Assembly (NCBI GenBank): GCA_963848295.1
Contig: CAWKDB010000002.1
Span: forward strand, 480,001 to 544,000
DNA: 64,000 nucleotides
Reading direction: 5' to 3'
DNA from: an uncultured delta proteobacterium
Lineage (GTDB): Bacteria; Myxococcota_A; Polyangia; Haliangiales; Haliangiaceae
The notes under the pieces were generated by a model. The model was given only the letters and a program-made list of their open reading frames with translations, was not told the DNA's origin and did no database searches. Below are positions 57,070 through 64,000 of this stretch, piece after piece. A program made the position numbers and the translations under genes. Positions within the stretch are counted from its first letter, which is position 1. Every line of letters starts with the position of its first letter.

Positions 57070-57801
57070 TTACTTCTTCTTGATGTTGCCGGAGGAGTGA
57101 ACCGGCGCGGAGTGAACCGTCGCCCTGGGCGCCGCGTGAACCGGCGCGTTGACGTGGCCACCGGCGGTCACGTTGCCGTGAACCTCGCCGTGAACCTCGG
57201 GCGCATGAACCTCGGGCGCGTGAACTTCGCCGCGAACCTCGGGCCCGTGAACCTCGCCACGAACTTCCGGCCCGTGAACCTCGCCGTGGACGTTGCCACG
57301 GACTTCCGGCCCGTGAACCTCGCCGTGGACGTTGCCGCGAACTTCGGGCCCGTGAACCTCGCCACGGACCTCGGCGCGGGGCTCGATCCGACCACTGACG
57401 CCAATACGGCCGTGGACGACGCCCTCCGGGTGATAGTGACCGTACCGGTTGACGTCGCCGATCGTACGGAAGCGCTCCGGGTAGCGGTCATTACGGACCC
57501 AGCCGCCGGTGTGGTAACGCGAGCTCATCCACACGCCGTTCTCCTGGCGCCAGTACAGGCCGTCCGAGAAGAACACGGGGTAGTCGTAGTCATAGACAAC
57601 CTGTACGCCAGGGCTCACCTCGACGAGGTCGGGCTCGACGTAGTCCGCCGGCGGAGCGGCGACTTCGACGGTGGCGACCGGTGCAGCAACGCCGACCTCG
57701 ACGACCGGCGGCGGCGGAACATAGACGTGAGCGTTGTAGCCGACGCGGGCAGCGCAGCCCGCGGTGAGCGCGAACAGGAACGAGGTAGAAACGAGTCTCA
57801 T
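57070..57801 (-). CDS. Lipoprotein with His/Val/Gly repeat C-terminus
   Basis: TAGC lipobox; aromatic domain; repeats VHGPEVRG[EN]. Confidence 0.7.
   Translation of the reverse strand: MRLVSTSFLFALTAGCAARVGYNAHVYVPPPPVVEVGVAAPVATVEVAAPPADYVEPDLVEVSPGVQVVYDYDYPVFFSDGLYWRQENGVWMSSRYHTGGWVRNDRYPERFRTIGDVNRYGHYHPEGVVHGRIGVSGRIEPRAEVRGEVHGPEVRGNVHGEVHGPEVRGNVHGEVHGPEVRGEVHGPEVRGEVHAPEVHAPEVHGEVHGNVTAGGHVNAPVHAAPRATVHSAPVHSSGNIKKK
57170..57372. repeat. Coding tandem repeats (12-39 bp units) encoding VHG/PEVRG
   Basis: Repeated CCCGTGAACCTCGCC units. Confidence 0.85.
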
Positions 57802-57834
57802 GAATCCTCCGGGTGCGCAGACTAACAGCGTTTG

Positions 57835-58254
57835 TTACGGCGTGCAGGTGTAAACGCTATTAACCCCACCCTGGCCGTCCGGGACGGTGTCAGAGTTTGC
57901 CGGGTCGGGAATCCAAGTAGTTCCGTCGACGATAAACTTGTACAAATACGAGCCTTGGGGGAAGCCGTAGCTCACGGTCCAGGCGCTGTCGGCGCCTAGG
58001 ACCAGTGGCACGGCGCCGGCCCCGGGATCGGCTGGCCAGCTCAAGAAGTCGCCGCTCAACCAGACCGAGCTCGCGCTCGCATAACCGGCGAGCCGGAATT
58101 GATACATGCAAGCTGCGGCCGGGCCGTCGTGGCCGGCGTCGCGGGCGGTTCCGTCTTGCGCGCCATCGACCGCGCCGTCGACCGCCGGCTCCTTGCCGTA
58201 ACCAGGGGGCCGGCACGCCGGGAGTACGAGGGCGAGGATCAGGGCGAAACGCAT
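57835..58254 (-). CDS. Small lipoprotein with CBM48/AMPK-beta-like glycogen-binding domain
   Basis: LPAC lipobox; ASSVWLSGDF..W, G.YLYKFIVDG.TWIPDPAN, DG.GGVNS. Confidence 0.8.
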   Translation of the reverse strand: MRFALILALVLPACRPPGYGKEPAVDGAVDGAQDGTARDAGHDGPAAACMYQFRLAGYASASSVWLSGDFLSWPADPGAGAVPLVLGADSAWTVSYGFPQGSYLYKFIVDGTTWIPDPANSDTVPDGQGGVNSVYTCTP

Positions 58255-58437
58255 CGCGCTCGCGATTTTCAAGCGACGTGCCATTCCAAGCCGCAGCCGG
58301 CGCCACTGCGGAGCCGCGGCCGTCGACAATGGCACCGCGCGCGATCCCACCGACGTTTCGTTTTGCAACTCCGGCCGGCTAGGTCCTGGGAACCTGCGAG
58401 CAAAACCGGGGCATGGATCGTGCGAAGGGGCGGTGCG

Positions 58438-60720
58438 ATGCGCCGTCTCGCCCTCGCCCTCGCGATCGCCACGACCGCCGCGGTCGCTCGGCCGGCGATC
58501 GCGATCACGCCGGTGCCGTCGTTCTCGTACCTCGTGACCGGCAACGGCTTCGGCTTTCAGGTGTTCGACATCAGCGCCGGGGCGATCAAGCAGTACCTCG
58601 AGCATCCGTATCGCTATCTGCGCTCGAACCCGGCGAACCCGGACGGCGAAGGCATCGTCCGGCGCAACCTCGCGTTCGACACGTACTTCGGAGTCCAGGT
58701 CGGCGCCACGTCGCAGTGGCTCGGCGGCGTCGCGCCGAGCGAGATCGGTTACGTCAACGAGTCGAACATGATCCGGTCGGCCGTGAATGTCGGGCCGCTG
58801 ACCACCGAGTCATTCTTCTCGGCGCCGTTCGGCTACGCCGGCAACGCGCTCGTGATGATGCTCAAGGTCACGAACAACGCGGCGACCGCGCAGACCGTGA
58901 CCGCGTACGCGATCCACAACTTCAAGATGGGCACGGCGACCGATCCGGACAACCCCGGCGCCGACGGTGAATCGATCGCGTGGGACGGCACGCACGCGAC
59001 CGAGACCGGGCCCGGTGGCGGCACGATGATCTACGTCCCGATCGGCGGCGCCGACGCGTCGAGCTGCAACGCGAGCTCGTACGACACCGTCGCCGCCGGC
59101 GGTCAGCTCGCAGCGCCGTCGACGTGCGCCGGCACCGACATCAAGAACGCGTTCCAGAAGAACCTCGGGTCGATCGCGCCGGGTGCGAGCGCATGGTTCG
59201 GCGTCGCGGTGCTCTACACCGACGGCAGCGCGGCGACGACCGAGGCGGCGTGGTCGACGTTCCTCGCAGGCCAGACGCCAGATGCGCTGTACGCGTCGAT
59301 CCTCGCGGAGCAAGAAGCCGCGCGCACGACGCCCGCGCCCGGGATGAACGCGCCCGAGACCGCGGTGTGGCGCCAGGCCGAGACCACGCTGCGGATGGGC
59401 CAGATCATGGAGCCGTACTCGCAATCGCCGCGCGCGAAGAACACCGGGATGATGCTCGCGAGCCTGCCGCCCGGCGCGTGGCATACCGGTTGGGTCCGCG
59501 ACGCGACCTACGCGATCGACGCGCTCGCGCGCACCGGCCACGGCGCACAGGCCAAGGCGGCGTTGAACTTCTTTCTCGACGCCGACGCCGATCAATACGG
59601 CTCGTTTCTCAACAACGTCGACTATCGAGTCAGCGTCGTGCGCTACTTCGGCGACGGGCTCGAGGAAGCCGACTACTCCGGCGAGCCGACGCGCAACATC
59701 GAGATCGACGGATGGGGCCTCGTCATGTGGGCGGCGCGCAACTACGTCGACTCGACCGGCGATCTCGGTTGGCTCGCGGAGATGACCGAGAAGGGCGACA
59801 CCGTCTACGACGCGATCAAGAACGGCATCGCGGAGCCGCTCGCCGCGAACCTCGAAGCGAACGGCATGGCCGTCGCCGATGCCTCGATCTGGGAGGTCCA
59901 CTGGGGCAACCGCCAGCACTTCCTCTACACGACCGCGGCCGCTGCTCGCGGGTTCTGCGACATGGCGACGCTCGCGCGCCGCGCCGGTCGGACCGACGAC
60001 ATCGCGCGCTACAAGCTGCTCGCGCAGAACGCGACGAACGCGCTGAAGGCGAACTTCATCGACTCGAAGAACGTGCTCGCCGGCTCGCTCGAGCGGCTCG
60101 CGTCGGGCTCGAACTACCACGATGGCTCGACCGTCGAGGCCGTGACGTTCTCGCTGCTCGATCCGGCCGACCCGATCGCGACGGCGACGCTCGGCGCACT
60201 GTCGTACTTGCAGACGCCGGCGGGCGGGTACAAGCGGCTCGAAGGCTCGAGCGACGAGTACGACACCGACGAGTGGATCCTGATCGATCTGCGCGCGGCG
60301 GACGCGTTTCGCCGCGCCGGCAACGGCCCGCAAGGGGATGCCCTGCTCGACTGGGTCACCGGTCAGGCCTCGGTGAACTACAACCTCTTGCCCGAGCTGT
60401 ACAACACGCAGTCGGCGAGCGGCGCGATCGGCGCGTACTCGGGGAGCATCCCGATGGTCGGCTACGGCGCGGGTGCGTTCATGCTGACGATGCTCGATCG
60501 CGTGCAGCTCTACGAGCACACCGATTGCGGTGACGAAGATCTGAGCGACTATCCCGATGCGGGCGCGGTGATTCCGACCGGCGGCGATGCGGGCGCCGGC
60601 AACGGCGAGACCGGGCGCACCGGCATCGCGTGCGCGTGCAACGGCGGTCCGGGCTCGGGCGGCACCGCGGTCGCGCTGTTTGTCGTCGCGCTGGTCGTCA
60701 CCCGCAAGAGGCGGTCGTGA
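58438..60720 (+). CDS. Secreted GH15-like (glucoamylase/glucodextranase-type) glycoside hydrolase with MYXO-CTERM
   Basis: Signal peptide; WVRDATY, IEIDGWG, SIWEVH, LLPELY; tail CAC...TM...RKRRS. Confidence 0.8.
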   Translation: MRRLALALAIATTAAVARPAIAITPVPSFSYLVTGNGFGFQVFDISAGAIKQYLEHPYRYLRSNPANPDGEGIVRRNLAFDTYFGVQVGATSQWLGGVAPSEIGYVNESNMIRSAVNVGPLTTESFFSAPFGYAGNALVMMLKVTNNAATAQTVTAYAIHNFKMGTATDPDNPGADGESIAWDGTHATETGPGGGTMIYVPIGGADASSCNASSYDTVAAGGQLAAPSTCAGTDIKNAFQKNLGSIAPGASAWFGVAVLYTDGSAATTEAAWSTFLAGQTPDALYASILAEQEAARTTPAPGMNAPETAVWRQAETTLRMGQIMEPYSQSPRAKNTGMMLASLPPGAWHTGWVRDATYAIDALARTGHGAQAKAALNFFLDADADQYGSFLNNVDYRVSVVRYFGDGLEEADYSGEPTRNIEIDGWGLVMWAARNYVDSTGDLGWLAEMTEKGDTVYDAIKNGIAEPLAANLEANGMAVADASIWEVHWGNRQHFLYTTAAAARGFCDMATLARRAGRTDDIARYKLLAQNATNALKANFIDSKNVLAGSLERLASGSNYHDGSTVEAVTFSLLDPADPIATATLGALSYLQTPAGGYKRLEGSSDEYDTDEWILIDLRAADAFRRAGNGPQGDALLDWVTGQASVNYNLLPELYNTQSASGAIGAYSGSIPMVGYGAGAFMLTMLDRVQLYEHTDCGDEDLSDYPDAGAVIPTGGDAGAGNGETGRTGIACACNGGPGSGGTAVALFVVALVVTRKRRS

Positions 60721-62327
60721 TCGGCGAGCCGGTCGAACGAGGCGCGCAGCCGGCGCGACGCAGGGCGACCGCGGTGGAGCTGCGGCGGATCAGCAAGACG
60801 TTCCCCGGGGTCCGCGCGTTGCACGACGTCTCGCTCGCGGTCGCACCGGGCGAGGTGCTCGGCCTGGTCGGCGAGAACGGCGCCGGCAAGTCGACGCTGA
60901 TCAAGATCCTCGGCGGCGTGTATCCGGCGGGCTCGTATCGCGGCGAGGTCGTGGTCGGCGGTCGCGTGCACGGGTTTCGCGGCACCGCCGACGCGCGCAA
61001 GGCCGGCATCGCGATCGTGCACCAAGAGCTGAGCCTGATCCCCGAGATGTCGGTCGCCGACAACCTCGCGCTCGGGCGCGAGCCGGCGTGGTTGGGCATC
61101 CTCGATCGCGAGCGCGTCCAAGCCGATGCGCGGTCCTTGCTGACGGCCGTGATCGGCGAGACCGATGCCATCTCGATCGATCCCGATCAACCGGTCGGCG
61201 AGCTCGGCATCGGCACGCAGCAGCTCATCGAGATCGCGCGCGCGCTCGCGACCGCGGCGAAGGTGATCGTGCTCGACGAGCCGACCGCCGCGCTCACCGA
61301 TGGCGAGATCGCGCAGTTGTTCGCGCTGATCCGCGAGCGTCGCGCGACCGGCGCTTCCTTCATCTACATCTCGCACCGACTCGAGGAGATCGCCGAGCTC
61401 TGCGATCGCGTCGCGGTGTTGCGAGATGGCGAGCTCGTCGCGGTCAAGGCCCCGAGCGATGATCTGATTCCGTCAATGACCGGCGATCTGCGGCCCGGCG
61501 TAGACGCGGATCTGGATCGTGCACGTCCACGTGCAGGTGTCACGTGCACGTCCACGTCCACGATCTACCCCGTGCTGTCGGTTCAGAACCTCCGAGTCGA
61601 GCACCCGACCGTGCCCGGCCGAGCGGTCGTCGACGGTCTCAGCTTTCGCGTCGCCGCCGGCGAGGTCGTCGCGCTCGCCGGTGCGCTCGGCTCGGGACGG
61701 ACGGCCACGTTGTCCGCACTGTTCGGCATCGCACGCGCGGGTGCATCGGGCGAGATCCAGGTCGACGGCAAGCCCGTCGTGATCCGCAGCCCGATCGACG
61801 CGATCGCCGCCGGCCTCGCGTTCGTGCCCGAGGACCGCAAAGCGCAAGGCCTGGTGCTCGGGCTGTCGGTCGGCGACAACCTCGCGCTGTCGGCGCTCGG
61901 CCGGCTGTCCCGGTTCGGCATCGTCGATAGCGCGCGCGCCGAGCGATCGGCGCTGTCTCGTCTCCGCGACCTCAGTATCAAGGCGCCGAGTCTCGGCGCC
62001 GAGGTCGCGACTTTGTCCGGCGGCAACCAGCAGAAGATCGTGATCGGCAAGTGGCTCGAGCTTGCCCCTCGCGTGCTGTTGCTCGACGAGCCGACGCGTG
62101 GCGTCGACGTCGGCGCGAAGGCCGAGATCTATCGGCTGATCGAGGAGCTGGTCGCGCGCGGACACGCGGTCGTGATCGCGTCGTCTGACCTGCCGGAGAC
62201 CGTCCGGCTCGCCGATCGCGTGCTCGTGCTGCGCGAAGGCCGACTCGTCGGCCAGCTCGCGAGCGAGGCGATCACCCAGCTCGCGATCATGCGCCTCGCC
62301 GTGGGTACCGAGAGGAGCGCGTCGTGA
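60717..62327 (+). CDS. Monosaccharide ABC transporter ATP-binding protein (XylG/RbsA-like)
   Basis: GENGAGKS, HQEL, LDEPT, YISHRL, PEDRK, LSGGNQQK, DEPTRGVDVGAK. Confidence 0.93.
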   Translation: MIGEPVERGAQPARRRATAVELRRISKTFPGVRALHDVSLAVAPGEVLGLVGENGAGKSTLIKILGGVYPAGSYRGEVVVGGRVHGFRGTADARKAGIAIVHQELSLIPEMSVADNLALGREPAWLGILDRERVQADARSLLTAVIGETDAISIDPDQPVGELGIGTQQLIEIARALATAAKVIVLDEPTAALTDGEIAQLFALIRERRATGASFIYISHRLEEIAELCDRVAVLRDGELVAVKAPSDDLIPSMTGDLRPGVDADLDRARPRAGVTCTSTSTIYPVLSVQNLRVEHPTVPGRAVVDGLSFRVAAGEVVALAGALGSGRTATLSALFGIARAGASGEIQVDGKPVVIRSPIDAIAAGLAFVPEDRKAQGLVLGLSVGDNLALSALGRLSRFGIVDSARAERSALSRLRDLSIKAPSLGAEVATLSGGNQQKIVIGKWLELAPRVLLLDEPTRGVDVGAKAEIYRLIEELVARGHAVVIASSDLPETVRLADRVLVLREGRLVGQLASEAITQLAIMRLAVGTERSAS

Positions 62328-63475
62328 AGCTCGAAAAATCGGCCACCGCACCGGGTCGCCGCCTCGACCTCAACGCCTGGGCGATGGCGGGCGTGCTCGC
62401 CGCGATGTGGCTCGTGCTCGCGCTGTTGCCCGCGACGAGCGGCGTATTCCTCTCGCGCCTGAATCTTGGAAACCTGGTGACGCAGTGCTCGGTCCTGCTC
62501 GTGGTCTCGGTCGGGATGACGCTGGCGATCGTGATCCGCGGGATCGATCTGTCGGTCGGGGCCGGCGTCGCCTTGATCGCGGTGGTCACCGCGCTCGCAC
62601 ACCGCGATCTCGGTCTGCCCGCCCCGGCCGCGATCGGCATCGCCCTCGCTTGCGGCGCCGCGATCGGCGCCTGGCACGGCCTGTGGGTCGGCTGGCTCGG
62701 CGTGCCGGCGTTCGTCGTCACGCTCGCCGGGTTCAAGGCCTACCGCGGCGCCGCGCTCGTCGTGTCGCACGCGTCCGCGGTCTCGGTCGGCAACGACTTC
62801 AGCTGGCTGAACGCTCGCGTCCCGGCGGGCGCGACCTGGGCGATCGTCGGCGCGACGTTGTGCGTCGGCCTCGCGCTCGTCTTGCGCGAGGCGAGCCGGC
62901 GCAAGCAGCTCGGGCTGCCGGCACTGACCACGAAAGTGGTCGCCATGCGATCGGGTTGCCAGATCGCGGTCGCGGGCTGCGTGCTCGCCGTGTTCGGCGA
63001 CGCCGGTGTGCCGGTGATCGTGCTCGTCGCAGGTGCGGTCGCGTTGTGGGGGTCGTTCCTGCTCAAGCGCACGCGCTTCGGCCGTCACGTCTACGCGATC
63101 GGCGGGAACCCCGAGGCCGCGCGGCTCTCCGGCGTGAACGTCCGGCGCGTCACGCTCGGCGTCTATGCGATCCTCGGCGTGCTCACCGCGATCGCGGCCG
63201 TGCTGTCGCTCGGTCGCATCGGCAGCGCGACGCCAGGCAGCGACGGCACGTTGCTCGAGCTCGACGCGATCACCGCGGTCGTGATCGGCGGCGCGTCGCT
63301 CTCGGGCGGACGCGGCACGGTCGTCGGAACCGTGCTCGGCACGCTCGTGTTCGCCACGCTCGGCAACAGCATGACGTTGCTCCACATCGATTCCAACTGG
63401 CAGCTGATCTTTACCGGCTTGGTTCTACTCGTCGCCGTGTTGGTCGATGTCGTCGCGAAAGGCAAACGGTCGTGA
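62324..63475 (+). CDS. Monosaccharide ABC transporter permease (XylH-like)
   Basis: IDLSVG, PAFVVTLAG, FGRHVYAIGGNPEAARLSG, ELDAITAVVIGG. Confidence 0.92.
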   Translation: MKLEKSATAPGRRLDLNAWAMAGVLAAMWLVLALLPATSGVFLSRLNLGNLVTQCSVLLVVSVGMTLAIVIRGIDLSVGAGVALIAVVTALAHRDLGLPAPAAIGIALACGAAIGAWHGLWVGWLGVPAFVVTLAGFKAYRGAALVVSHASAVSVGNDFSWLNARVPAGATWAIVGATLCVGLALVLREASRRKQLGLPALTTKVVAMRSGCQIAVAGCVLAVFGDAGVPVIVLVAGAVALWGSFLLKRTRFGRHVYAIGGNPEAARLSGVNVRRVTLGVYAILGVLTAIAAVLSLGRIGSATPGSDGTLLELDAITAVVIGGASLSGGRGTVVGTVLGTLVFATLGNSMTLLHIDSNWQLIFTGLVLLVAVLVDVVAKGKRS

Positions 63476-64000
63476 TAGCTCGCTCGCTCGTGATCTCCGC
63501 TGTGATCGCCGCCGCCTTGGCCGCGTGCAAGAGCGAGCCCGGCCCGCAGGTCGGATTCCTGCTGTCGACGCTACAAGAGGAGCGCTACCAGAAAGACGTC
63601 AAGTACTTCGAGCAGCACGCGCGCGAGCTCGGGATGAGCGTCGCCACGCTCGCCGCCGACAACGACAACACGAAGCAGCTCGCGCAAGTCGAGGACTTGC
63701 TCGCGCAGGGCGTGAAGGTGCTGGTCGTGCAACCGACCGACAGCACGGCGGCGGCGCGCTACGTCGAGCTCGCGCACGAGCACGGCGCGAAGGTCGTCGC
63801 CTACGACCGCGTGATCAACTCGCCCGATCTCGACTACTACGTGTCGCACGACAGCTATCGCGTCGGTGTGCTCCAGGCGCAGGCCGCGCTCGCCGCGACC
63901 GGCGGCAAAGGCAACTACGTGCTGCTCGCCGGCCAATCGGGTCACTCGGTCGCGACCGAGATCACGCGCGGCTACGAAGACACGCTCGCACCGTACGTCG
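63472..64000 (+). CDS. Sugar ABC substrate-binding lipoprotein (XylF-like), 3'-truncated
   Basis: Not in the ORF track; read by hand from GTG 63472: VIARSLVISAVIAAALAAC...GFLLSTLQEERYQKD...VVAYDRVI. Confidence 0.85.
   Translation, partial: MIARSLVISAVIAAALAACKSEPGPQVGFLLSTLQEERYQKDVKYFEQHARELGMSVATLAADNDNTKQLAQVEDLLAQGVKVLVVQPTDSTAAARYVELAHEHGAKVVAYDRVINSPDLDYYVSHDSYRVGVLQAQAALAATGGKGNYVLLAGQSGHSVATEITRGYEDTLAPYV

Overview
Very GC-rich bacterial chromosomal window, probably Myxococcota. The taxonomy is inferred from a MYXO-CTERM tail, many Cys-rich lipoproteins and the gene styles; a Kofleriaceae/Haliangium-like origin is a guess. It is mostly housekeeping and envelope genes: heterodimeric ABC exporter, HK-REC-REC-GGDEF, SET protein, asd, RecQ-like helicase, rlmB, pyrF, dnaE (one-base frameshift), a Wzx/GT2/methyltransferase cluster, K+ channel, BoxD-like aldehyde dehydrogenase, lysC, recG, Gly-rich surface lipoproteins, RHH-FHA, M16 peptidase pair, cardiolipin synthase and a GH15 + sugar-ABC locus. 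No rRNA, tRNA, CRISPR array or transposase was recognised. The best novelty candidate is at the left edge: a giant (>=1481 aa, probably 5'-truncated) polymorphic-toxin-like protein. Its C-terminus appears to hold two complementary, individually degenerate GGDEF/Palm nucleotide-cyclase domains, and two translationally coupled unknown genes (candidate immunity) follow it. All family calls are by-eye motif recognition, not database searches.
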